Shown here: positions 1 through 9,799 of the stretch, piece by piece | How positions within the stretch are numbered: position 1 is the stretch's first letter | Layout: the number at the start of each line of letters is the position of its first letter | Assembly: GCA_963829475.1 (NCBI GenBank) | Contig: CAWHIU010000002.1 | Location: 3,635-67,634 of the forward strand | Direction of reading: 5' to 3' | DNA length: 64,000 nt | From: an uncultured Actinomycetes bacterium | Lineage (GTDB): Bacteria; Actinomycetota; Acidimicrobiia; IMCC26256; JANYLB01 | Made by a program: the position numbers and the translations under genes | Notes under the pieces: generated by a model | Databases searched by the model: none | Told to the model about the DNA's origin: nothing | Seen by the model: only the letters and a program-made list of their open reading frames with translations

Positions 1-2313
1 CGGTGATCGGGTCGGCCTCGGAGGAGTAGACCGGCCAGCGCGAGGAGATCACCGACAGAGCCGGACCGTACGTCGCGAGCAGCAGGTCGACGCCCGTGAT
101 CCCGTCGGCTTGGAAGCGCGTCGAGCGCGTCGCGTGCCGCTGCACGGACGTCGCCCTCGACGTCCTCGAAGTATGGATGCTCGCCGCCGCTCGTCCAGGT
201 CGCGCTTGCGGCAGACGAGCATGATCGTCGACGCGGCGGCGTTCTTCTTCGCCTGGTGCAAGGATCTGTTCGCTCTCGGTGTTGACTGGCCACGACGTCT
301 CGATCGTGAAGCCCGCCTCCATGAGGCCATGCCGAGCGTGTCCCAGGCCTCGCGCCCGCTTGTGCGTGAACATCACGGTCAGCACGCCGTCGTCGCGAAG
401 CACCCGATGGCACTCCGCGAAGATCGGCCGTCATCTTCGCCTCATAGTCGGCGTTGGCGAGCTCTTCTTCCGGCGCTTACCCATGGCGGAGAACCGCGCC
501 GGGTTGGCGACGGCCTCGTTCTTCTTGTCGGTCAGCTCGTCGGCGAACAAGCTCGGGCAGACGAGCCCGAGGGTGCGCTTCTCCCAGACGTAGAAGAAGT
601 CGGACAAGCTCGGCGTACATGACGTTGTCGTAGTACGGCGGGTCGATGCAGACGAGTGGGTACTCCCATCGGAGAGTGCCGCCGAGGTCCGCCGCGTTAC
701 CCGTGCGGTCAATGGTTCCCGGAGCGTCAGGCGCTGACCCAAGCGAGCCTCGTCGTAGGAGCCGACTCAGCCTTGGAGTAGATCTGCAGCCAGTGAGGCG
801 TCCGAGCGATCTGTCGCAGGCACCACGGATAGAGCTCACGGCGCCCGTCGAACTCGGCAAAGGTCCACTTGAAGGCAGAAATCATGCTGTTCGAAGACGC
901 TGACCATTTGGCCGCGGCGACGATCCCAGCTCTGATGCGAGTTGTAGTTTAGCGCCCTTGCCCTGCATGACAAGGAGCGCAAGTATCGGCGACGGCGCCG
1001 ATCTCGATCGGGGAACTCGTGCGAGCGTGCTTCGGGACGAGGCTGCGGAAACTCTTCCACGAACGTCGCCGTGGACGAGGAGCTGCCGTGCGGCGAAGAG
1101 ATCCGCCAGGACTGCATTCCGTACTGGATGGCCGAGGTCTTGAGCCGGTCGGGACCGATCTCGCAGGGCATGACCTTCCCGTCTGCGGCCAGACCGGCGA
1201 ACTCGGAGAGCCCAGTTCTCCGCAGCGTCGAGACAACAGCAGGTCGCGCGTTGTCGAGAGACGCGGAATCGCCGGCGAGTCGAAGTACGAGCGTGCGAAC
1301 CGCAATAGAGACTGCGAGCTCATGCGCCCGCCTGCGCTTCCGCCTTGATGTAGTCACCGTCGATCGCAGGTCGTCCCACGGCGACACGGCATCACCGCCC
1401 GACGAGCGGTCCCCACGTCTGGGGTGAAGTCGATGCCTGCACCCGTCAGCGATCTCGAACTCCGGCTCCGTCGAGACGCCTCCGTCTCGCTGAAGTGACT
1501 AGCCGCACAGCAGCTCGGACCGGGTCCCTTCGAAGCCACCAGCTCGGGCACAGCGGCACCGACTTGTCCGGTTCGTGGGCACGTGATCGTACGTGCGAAG
1601 AGATAGCTAGTTACGCGCTCGGTATGGTCCGTCGAGCTCGAAATATGGCAGGAGCTGGTCGTCGCAGGCGGCGGACAGAGTCTGCTTACCCGAGGCTTCG
1701 AGATCGGTGGCGAGCTCGGGCCGTAGGCGGCCGGGAGCTCGACCCTGCCCGCAAGACCGCAGCTGCGATTGGGTTCAGGTCGTTTGCGGACGCCGGCGAT
1801 CCCGTACCGGACGGCCTCGAACGGGATGGAGCCGCCACCGGCGGTGGAGTCCACGAGACAGGGCAGCTCCCCAGCCATGTTCGATCCAAGTACTTGCTGC
1901 AGCACGGACAGTCGGCGTTCTGGTGGCGGGTTCTTGAAGGCCTGGTTGTAGCCGTACGCGGTTGGGCCTTGAAGCCCGGTGCCTCCGCGTCTTCGCAGCT
2001 GCATTGGGCCTTGCGGCGACGGGTCGCCCGAGAATGCCACAGAGCCGAAGGAACCATGGTCGATAGCGCATCCTCGGTCTTGAGCTCGACACGGTCGGGG
2101 AACAGGCACGCCAGTACAGGCGACCATGCCGGCATGCACGCTCCCGAGCACGGCCCCTGCCCTCGCCACGAGCGGTCGGCGCGCCCACCAGACGTGGAGC
2201 GTCTTCAGCTTCGGGAACTGACCGGGGATCGGCGCTGCTTCGCGTCGGCTCTCGATGCCGAGTTCGGCGACGGGAAGCCAGTCCTCGATGAGGACACGCG
2301 GGCGGTCAGGCAT
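1..2313 (-). pseudogene. DUF1156-type DNA (adenine) methyltransferase. The first ~770 codons are present and the C-terminus runs off the window. The frame is interrupted several times.
   Basis: N-terminus MPDRPRVLIEDWLPVAELGIESRRE...FPKLKTLHVWWARRPLV (ORF 1354-2313) is DUF1156-like. The catalytic motif DPPYYDNVMYAEL/SDFFYVW is split between ORFs 477-860 and 431-742. HQAKKNAAASTIMLVCRKR lies in ORF 49-330. GAGGAG sits 7 nt upstream of ATG 2313. Confidence 0.75.
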
Positions 2314-2316
2314 TCG

Positions 2317-2747
2317 CTACTCCTCGGCTAGCAGGACGCGTAGCGCCCGGCGTGCCGGTTGCCGTCCCGGCCCATGCACTTGGCGTACCAGTAGTACGCC
2401 TCCTCGGTGCTCATCGCCGCGATCCCATCGGCGAGGGCCTGGAGCCGACCGAGCTTGGTCACGGGGCTGGTGACCAGAAGACGCGAGCGCGAGGCGGACG
2501 CCAGCGCTCTCATCGAGTTTGAGCGGCTTGGTTCGTCGTGCAGTGAGCGCCGTGTTCGGGACCTTCGACGCACGGAGCGCGTCGTGGACGCTCGGGAGCA
2601 GCACGTTGGACGAGTTTGGCGTCGAGCGCGAGCGACCTTGGTCGTGGTGGCGGTGTGCCCGTTCGTCTCTTCGAGCCGAAGGCCATAGCTGTCGGTGTCG
2701 CCGGGTTCGACGAGGAGCTGGAAGGCGCGGGGCTTGGTCGCTGGCAT
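2317..2747 (-). pseudogene. Small protein between the ATPase and the methylase. This is the position usually occupied by a DUF3780-type protein in such operons. The frame is interrupted.
   Basis: ATG at 2747 overlaps the upstream stop (TGATG). The plausible peptide is spread over two frames (MPATKPRAFQLLVEPGDTDSYGLRLEE...; ...LQALADGIAAMSTEEAYYWYAKC). The family assignment rests on position only. Confidence 0.35.
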
Positions 2748-5700
2748 CAGGCCAGGATCGCACGCAGGCGAAGCTCGCCGGGTTGGACCTTCGCAATGAC
2801 GTCGCGGATGCGGCCGGCGTCCCCGCTGTCGGCGGGACAGGGTGTCGCGAAGCGGACCTCGAGCCGGAGTGTGCCGGCGACGTCGGCTGCCTTTGCGGCG
2901 AGTGCGAGTACGGCATCTTCCACTCGCTGGTAGTCAGGAGCGGGCCCAGAGAGCTCGAGCTGGGCCCCGCCACTCAGGCCCTTCATGTCGAGCTCCAGCT
3001 CGAGCGCGACCTGGAGGTCGAGCTTCGGGAGCATCGCAATGGCCTTGCCGAGGAGGTCGATGTCGCGGGCACCTTCGCCGGTATCGGCGCTGGCCGTGAT
3101 CGAGAGCGTGGTGAGGCCGGGCGAGTCGATCTCGCTGGCCTTATCGGCCAGCGCTTGAAACGCGACGCCGGCGACGCCCTTCGCCTCGATGGTTTTGGTG
3201 ACCTTGCCCGGCTTGATGACGACTGATTGGCGCTCGGCCTCCTCGGGGGTGAGGACGGTCAGGACGTCGAGCGAGACTTTTCCGAACCTCGGCCGCCGTG
3301 CAGGCGCGCATTCCTGGTTCGACGGCGCCCGAAACGACAACGAGTCGGGGTGGATCGCCTTCCGACGCTCGGGCGAGGACGTCGGCGATCTCCTTCTTCG
3401 TTGGCTCCTTGCCCACTTCGGTCTCGAGTGCCGCTCGCAGGTCGACGCCCTTCATGCGGTCATGACTGGCCATCACGTCCGCGACGTCGTCGTAGCGCAC
3501 GTACGCGGCCGAGCACTCCGAGAGCTTGGGCGTGCTCGACGGTGTAGAGGATCGCGTCGGTGTCGATCCGTACCGGTCGCGGAGGCATCGCTACTGGTCC
3601 ACACGCGCTGGGCGTCGACGTCGTAGTACACCCACGAACCGTTGCGAACGCCGTCGCGGATCGCGTCCTTGAGGAGTGTCGTGTCGAGGATCATCGGCAT
3701 CCCGTGGTCGCGCCAGAACGCTTCGCAGACGCCACTGGTCGTGACCTGGCCGGCGCCGCGGGGCCAGGCCTTCTGCCGGAGGTAGTCGGTGCCGAGGGGC
3801 TGCGTCCGCACCTTCCCTTCATCGGTGAGGGTCTGGAGGATCACCTTCGTCTGGGCCTTGTCGGCCTCGCCCTGTGCCTTGGCAGTGAGCTCGAGGTGGC
3901 GCAGGTAACCGTTGGCCTTGTCGGCCCACGGGAAGTACAGGTGCTTGTAGCAACGAGCGATCGCGACACGGGCTTCCAGCTTGGCGGTGTCGACTTGCTT
4001 AGGCGCTTCTGCACTTCGGGCGGAAAGCCGCGCGATGCGGGTCGCCATCGTTGACAATCGCGCTCGCGGCGAGGTCGGCTCGGACTCGGTCTCGCATCGC
4101 GTCCTTCGCATCGTCGTCGGCGACGAGGAAGGCCACCGCGTTGCGGTAGGTTCGGATCTTCGGCGCCACCGGCTCCAGCCTGGTCCAACAGCTCGACGGC
4201 TTGGTGGGAGGTTGGTCGCGGACCGGTCGGTGACGTCGACGTCGTCGTGATGGAGGACGACGAGTCGAAGCTAGCGACGTCGTCAACGTCCCGGGACCGG
4301 TGGGGAAATGGATGTGTGCACGGCGCCGTCGGTCGGGAACGTCTGGCGGATGCGCTCCTCGAGCTCCGCGTTCACACGAGTGTTGGGGACGTTGCGCATC
4401 TCTTCGGCGACGATCTTGTTGGCGTTGGGCTCGACGAGGAACCGCCATCGTGTCGTGTCGAAGAAGAGGTGCCAGGCGATTCTCGACCTCGGCGAGCGCC
4501 TCGCCGATCACCTCTGGGTCGTCGCCGACCCGCAGCGTCCGAGCAGGTAGTCGTTGCGCGCCGCACCGGCGGTCGGACCAGCTCCAGGCTGTGGGTGAAC
4601 ACGGTGCGGCAGGCTCGCGTTGCGAACGGCACGCGCGCGAAGCGGGTCGCGTCGACCGACGCGGCGTGCGAGTCGGGCCGGCGACGTCGACTCGGCGACC
4701 TGCTCGAAGTCGGGTCGGTCGATGCCGACGGTGAGGTGCGTGAGTGACAGGACGTCGCGGCGTAGTCGATGTCGGCGACGTTGATGACCTGGCGCGCGGT
4801 CGCCGTCGAGTGCCAGATCGCGGCGAACGACCTCGGCGAGGAGCTTGAGGGCGCCTCGGGCGCGGTGGAAGCGGGATCGCGCCGATCCGCTTGTCGAGCA
4901 CGCGGACGAGTTCCGGGTGGAACGGGTAGGACGGCCGATCGCGGTCGCCGTAGGTGGTCGGGTGCTCGGCGCCGCCGGCGAGTGGTCTCCGCCCTGGCTC
5001 AGCGAGCTCCTCGTAGTAGGCTTCCGGTAGGCTCGGCGGCTTCCGCTGGCAGCGCGGGTCGATGGCCGGCGAAGAGTCGGCGCTTGAGGATCTCGGCGAT
5101 CTCGGCGTCGTCGGCGGGCTTGATCACTGTGCCGGGCCGAGACGGAGCGCGCGTGGCCGTCAGCGGCTTCGGCGAGCGCCCCGGAGGCCGCTCGCGGCCT
5201 CGTCCATCGGGTCCGAGATCTCGTCGGTCTCCTGGCCGTATGCGTCGGCGTGCGTCGCGAGCGTGATGATGACGACGACCGTTCGGGGCCCGCCGCGAGC
5301 TCGAAGAGGTTCTTGAGGAACGCCGGGAACGCCTCCGCCATGCGACGGACGTCCTCGGGTTGCCCGGCGGACGTGAGCTGGCGGAGGTGGTGGGCGATCT
5401 CGTCGATGATGACGATGGTCGGCTGCGTCGCCGACGATGCCCCGAGGTCGTGCTTGCCGGGCGCCGTGCGGCTCCTCGTCGGAGGCGCCATGGCTTCGCG
5501 TACGCGTCGGCGCCGAGCTGGGCGGCGATCTCGCCCCAGAGCGTGTGCGTGCGGACGGCCGTTGGTGACGAGGCCGTTCTCCGGGTCGAGGGTGTCGGCG
5601 ACGACCGCGGCGACCTGGACGGTCCGTCCGGGAGTGAGCGCCGGGTCGATGAACTCGGCGAGAGTTGCTCGGTCGCGCGCCGGTCGGCGAGGTGGTACAC

Positions 5701-6002
5701 GGCGATCGAGGGCCGTGGGTCTTCCCGCCGCCGAACGTCGTGGTCAGGCGCGGATGACGCCGTGTTCGGCGCCGGGGATGTGGCGCCGGCGACCGGCCGA
5801 ACGTGCTGGTCAGGAGCTGGTGCAGGCCCGCGGTGGGGTAGGTGATGCGCGAAGAACGCGTCGGCGTCACCGTAGACCGGGTAGTCGTCGGGGTTGCGGA
5901 CGACCTGGTCGAGCTGGGCCGCGAAGTGGTTGTCGGCCAGGCCGCCCTCAGCACGTCGTCTCGCGGGACGCAGGTCTCGGTGATCGGACGCAGCTGCGAC
6001 AT
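2747..6002 (-). pseudogene. DUF499-type AAA ATPase (~1080 codons), with multiple frame interruptions.
   Basis: Start MSQLRPITETCVPRDDVL is preceded by GGAGG. A Walker-B-like TIVIIDEIAHHLRQL lies in ORF 4508-5491. THTLWGEIAAQLGADAY lies in ORF 4999-5700. An intact C-terminal 197 aa is in ORF 2747-3340. The pieces are colinear on one strand across five or more ORF fragments. Confidence 0.7.
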
Positions 6003-6203
6003 GGCTTCCCCCTCCGGTGGTCGCGGACCCACGATTCCGGCCGCATCGTAACGGCCGGATCTGTAGAGATTCGGCCTTCCCGAAACTGAGCTGAAGGTCT
6101 GGAGCAGGGCGAAGCGGGTCGGTGTATCGGATTGGTGCTCAGAGAACCCGTCGCACAGTCCCGATCGGGCCGATCTGTGTCCGATGTCGAGCCACCTGGC
6201 GTG

Positions 6204-6530
6204 CCTGTCCCACCTTTCGCGGTTCTATGTACTCGTTCCCCGGAAGTACGAGGCAAGGAGCCCGGATGAGCTTTCCCCTGGACCAGTTGCCTGGGACCCC
6301 TCAGATCGACGGGTGCTGCATGTTCGCAGCCTGACCCTGAGCGAGCCCGACAGTGAGGTGGTCAAAGTCATCGGCTTGCTGGCGATCCCGCGGCGGCGAC
6401 GCACCAGTATCTAGCGTCGGCGCACGTGCGGTCCGCGCCGCGAACGCGGCTCCCGACGTGGAGCTCGCCGTCGCAGCTTCGACAGCGATGTCACTCCGGC
6501 TCACCAACCAGATCACCGGCACGGCCGGGA
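6204..6530 (+). repeat. Diverged direct duplicate of the leader, RBS and first ~100 codons of the gene at 7231. It has decayed and does not read through.
   Basis: 6204-6530 aligns by eye with 7171-7500 at roughly 75-80% identity. Both copies share ...tgtcccacc...actcgtt(c/a)ccccgg(a/c)agtacgaggcaaggagccc(g/c)gatgagc... and ...gtgcggtccgcgccgcgaacgcgg.... Confidence 0.8.
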
Positions 6531-6671
6531 GACCCTCCCCGTCGTACCGTCAGGGGGGCACCTCGCTAGAGGGCTCCCACCGCCAAGAAGCATGTCGTGA
6601 AGCGGCCTCGCCCCAATTAGCTCCACGAATCCGCACCATCAGCGCAACACACAACCAGGAGGAAACACGCC

Positions 6672-6917
6672 ATGCCAAGCATCAACATCATCGTCGACAT
6701 CGAGGGCGACAAGATGACGAAGACCACGATCAACTCGTTCATTAAAGAGGCAGACGTTCTCGCCGGTGCCGTCATCAGTGTGACCCGCACGCACTTCGCT
6801 GGCGGCATGGACGACGACGACGAGCCTGCGCCACCGAAGCATCGGCAGAAGACGATCAAGCTCGAACCTGAGGCAGATGAGCGAGAAGGCGAAGAGGGTG
6901 ACGACGGCCCCGAGTAG
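6672..6917 (+). CDS. Small hypothetical protein (81 aa) with a strongly acidic C-terminal tail.
   Basis: Strong SD AGGAGGA at 6656-6662, 9 nt before the ATG. The ORF lies in a locally lower-GC segment (~53% in the two 60-nt lines I counted). The tail reads DDDDEPAPP...EPEADEREGEEGDDGPE. Confidence 0.55.
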   Translation: MPSINIIVDIEGDKMTKTTINSFIKEADVLAGAVISVTRTHFAGGMDDDDEPAPPKHRQKTIKLEPEADEREGEEGDDGPE

Positions 6918-6936
6918 TCAACTCTCCGAGGAAGGC

Positions 6937-7072
6937 ATGGTCGCTATGTCCATCACAGAGCTCTGCTCGCTCGCCAAGGAGTACCGCGCCAAGGTTCCTC
7001 TCCGTACATCGAAGGAAAGCAATCGTCGACACGATCGCGAACGACGAGGGGGCTGCCCCGAGCGATAGCTGA
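6937..7072 (+). pseudogene. Small Rho_N/SAP(HeH)-like helix-extended-helix protein, with one apparent frameshift.
   Basis: GAGGAAGG sits before ATG 6937. MVAMSITELCSLAKEYRAKVP... continues in the next frame as ...KKAIVDTIANDEGAAPSDS*. This resembles the 'L.ELR.LAKE.GI...KKAELI..I' motif of Rho N-terminal/SAP modules. Confidence 0.35.
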
Positions 7073-7230
7073 GGCCCCGCCGTGCTCGAAAAAGTCAGGG
7101 AACTGAGGCCCGACGGACCGCTCGGCCGAGACTTCGATGGAGTCAGGTCAACGAATCACACCGACGTAATTGTCCCACCCCGCGGTTCGCATGAACTCGT
7201 TACCCCGGCAGTACGAGGCAAGGAGCCCCG

Positions 7231-8506
7231 ATGAGCATTTCCCCTGAACCGATCCGCCCGGTCGACGTGACCGTGATCGACGGTGTGCTGCACGTCCGCA
7301 GCCTGAGCGAGCCCGACAGCGAGGTCGTGAAGGTCATCGGTGACGCCGACGATCCCGTGGCCGCGACGCACCACTGCCTGCGCATCGGTGCGCGTGCGGT
7401 GCGCGCCGCGAACGCGGCCGTCGACGTGGAGCTCGTCGAGCGCAGCTTCGACGCGATGTCGCTCCGGCTCAACGATCAGATCACCGGCGCGGTCGAGCAG
7501 ATCGGCACCGTCGCCGATCAGCTCCTCGGTGGCGACGACGGCGCGATCACCGTCGCGCTCGCCGGCTTCAACGAGCAGCTCGACGGGCTGCTCGACTCGA
7601 CGTTCGACGTCGACTCGAAGGCGAGTGTGATGTCGAAGATCGAGGCGCTCGTCCAGGCGCAGAACCGCCGAGCGCGGTCGAGGCGGTGCGCAAGCTCGTC
7701 GCGCCCGAGGGTGACGACAACCCGCTCGCCCGGATGAAGACCGAGATCCTGACCGGCGTGAAGGGCGAGATCGTCGACGTCGTGCGCGAGATCCGCGACG
7801 TGTCGGAGAAGCTCGGGATCGCCGCGGCTCGTGAGGAGGAGGCGGAGCGCGGGACTGCGAAGGGGTTCGTGTTCGAGGACGTGCGTCGACGAATGCGTCG
7901 GCCGGCTCGCCGCGCAGCACGGCGACCTGCACGAGCGTGTGCGGCAACGAGACCGGCGCGACCGGGAGCAAGGTCGGTGACGAGGTCGTGACCCTCAACC
8001 TCGCCGACAGCTTCGGCGTCGAGGCCCGCTTCGTGTTCGAGGCCAAGGACCGCAAGCTCGGCGATGCGCAAGATCGTCGCCGAGCTCGACGAGGCGATGG
8101 CCAACCGCGACGCGCAGTTCGCGATCGGCGTGTTCCGCACCCAGGATGCCGCGCCGACCTCGGTGCCGTTCCACTGCATCGGTGACGACAAGGTCGATCG
8201 TCGTGCTCGACGACGACGGGTGACCTCACGCTGCGGTTCGCCTACCAGTGGGCCCGGATGACGGTGCGCGCCGGACTGGCGGCGGATTCGGGCGACGAGA
8301 TCGACATCGACCGGATGAGCGTCGCTGATCGGCGAGGCCCGTCGTGCACTCGAGATGCTCAGCGACCATCAAGCGCTGCCACTCGACGGCCCGCAAGTCG
8401 ATCGACCAGGCCGGAGCTCAGGCCGTCGAGCTCGTCGACACCGTGCGCGAGCGTGCTCGACCAGCTCGACGTCGAGCTCAGCGAGGCCGACTCGGAGGCG
8501 GCATGA
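7231..8506 (+). pseudogene. Coiled-coil protein with a C-terminal PD-(D/E)xK nuclease-like domain (RmuC/DUF2130-like architecture). There are about four frame interruptions.
   Basis: Colinear fragments are ORFs 7231-7737, 7686-7991, 7937-8185, 8064-8261 and 8258-8506. The nuclease-like core reads GTAKGFVFEDV...SKVGDEVVTL...ARFVFEAKDRKLG (D...ExK). Confidence 0.55.
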
Positions 8507-8751
8507 GAAAGCCGAGGAAATGCCCGTCGTGCGGTCACGCTCCGTTCGCTTCGATCCTTCGAGGCCTGCCCCACTACTCCGACGATCTGGAGCGTGATCT
8601 CGAGGCGGGCCGCGTCGTGCTCGGCGGGTGCAGCGTGTCCCTGGATGATCCGGCCTGGGCGTGCAGTGCATGCGGGATGGAGATGTGGTCCGACGGCCGG
8701 ATGGCAGTGTCGCCGGAGCACTCCGACATCGTTGATGTCCCACCCTCCTGA
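8503..8751 (+). CDS. Split zinc-ribbon protein (82 aa).
   Basis: The ATG overlaps the upstream stop (ATGA at 8503-8506). Motifs are CPSCG ... VVLGGC ... PAWACSACG. The pattern resembles small actinobacterial CxxCG...LGGC...WxCxxCG proteins. Confidence 0.6.
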   Translation: MRKPRKCPSCGHAPFASILRGLPHYSDDLERDLEAGRVVLGGCSVSLDDPAWACSACGMEMWSDGRMAVSPEHSDIVDVPPS

Positions 8752-8763
8752 GACAGTGGGTGC

Positions 8764-8973
8764 ATGTTCACGGAGGAACTGCGCGCCGCTCGTGCTGCTC
8801 TCGAAGCCGTCGATAGCGACTTCGATGCGAGCTGTTCTGGGCCAGATGCAGTCGAGGCCATGGAGCAGCTCGGAGCGATCTACCGCCTGATCGATGAGGT
8901 GACCGCTCTTGCTTCGAAGCGGGTCGCCGAGACGTACGCGGAAGTCGCCCACGGTGACCGCAACGCCAGCTGA
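8764..8973 (+). pseudogene. Probable N-terminal remnant of a DUF222/HNH-endonuclease (13E12-type) gene.
   Basis: The 69-aa ORF reads ...LRAARAALEAVDSDFDA...AMEQLGAIYRLIDEVTALASKRVAE.... The next frame continues AELCAWFAGVGS, like the DUF222 'S.A.WLA...G.S' segment. No HNH part follows. Confidence 0.3.
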
Positions 8974-9005
8974 GTTGTGCGCGTGGTTCGCCGGAGTCGG
9001 CTCCG

Positions 9006-9028
9006 TCAATATCATTGACAAAATCAAT
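9006..9028 (+). promoter_or_regulatory. Nested palindromes (TCAAT-ATC-ATTGA-CAAAA-TCAAT) in an AT-rich patch that includes TTGACA. This is a probable operator/promoter for the HicA-like operon.
   Basis: Read directly from the sequence. The inverted 5-mers TCAAT/ATTGA occur three times within 23 nt, 15 nt upstream of the 9043 start. TTGACA is at 9015-9020 and TAGGGT at 9039-9044. Confidence 0.4.
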
Positions 9029-9042
9029 GGATATGGGATAGG

Positions 9043-9243
9043 GTGATGGCGGACAAGGAAGTTCGAGAGATCCTGGCGAAGCTCGAGGCCCAGGGATGGC
9101 GCATCGACGACGGTGGCCACTACGTGCGCGCGTACCCGCCCGACAAGACCAAGCGGGCGGTTTCGATTCCGGGTACACCCGGCGGTGGGCGGTGGAGACA
9201 GAACCTGATCGCAGCGCTCCGTCGGTCCGGAGCCGACCTCTGA
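9043..9243 (+). CDS. HicA-like (YcfA fold) toxin candidate, 66 aa.
   Basis: The size and pattern KEVREILAKLEAQGWRIDDGGHYVRAYPP...VSIPGTP...NLIAALRRSG resemble HicA mRNA interferases. Confidence 0.5.
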   Translation: MMADKEVREILAKLEAQGWRIDDGGHYVRAYPPDKTKRAVSIPGTPGGGRWRQNLIAALRRSGADL

Positions 9244-9253
9244 CCAACTCCAA

Positions 9254-9775
9254 TTGACGAAGGGACCCACGATGGGTTGGACGCTGCACTTCGAGAGCAC
9301 GACGAGTGGCCCGATCCGAGACGAGCTGATCGGAGCGTTCGCCGATGAGTTGGCGGACCACGGCGGTGCCGTGTCGGTCGGCTCGAACCGTTTCGCGGCG
9401 ACGTTCTCGATCGAGGAGGAGCTCCGCGACCCGGCTGACGTGATCCGGCGCGGCACCGACGTGTACGACGAGGCTGTCCGGAACGCCGGCCTGCCCGATT
9501 CAACGATCGTCAGGGCCGAGGCCCTCACCTGGGCTGAATTCGACCGCGATCTTGCCGAGCCTGCCTACCCCGAGCTGGTGGGTATCACCGAGATCGCCGA
9601 GCTCCTGGGCGTCAGCCGACAGCGCGCCTCGGCGTTGCAGACGCGCGCCGGCTTCCCGCAGCCGCTCGCGGTACTCGCCTCCGGTCCCGTGTGGCCGAAG
9701 CCGTGGCTCACGACGTTCATCGAGGGTTGGGATCGCAAGCCCGGACGACCCCGCAAGGCCACGACAAGAGCCTGA
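9254..9775 (+). CDS. HicB-like antitoxin candidate with a C-terminal helix-turn-helix. The start is probably ATG 9272.
   Basis: It begins 10-28 nt after the toxin candidate. The C-terminal ITEIAELLGVSRQRASALQTRAGFPQPLAVLASGPVWPKPWLTTFIEGW is the common actinobacterial HTH antitoxin / DNA-binding motif. Confidence 0.5.
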   Translation: MTKGPTMGWTLHFESTTSGPIRDELIGAFADELADHGGAVSVGSNRFAATFSIEEELRDPADVIRRGTDVYDEAVRNAGLPDSTIVRAEALTWAEFDRDLAEPAYPELVGITEIAELLGVSRQRASALQTRAGFPQPLAVLASGPVWPKPWLTTFIEGWDRKPGRPRKATTRA

Positions 9776-9799
9776 CGCGCGTGCGCCGAGCGCGGGCTC

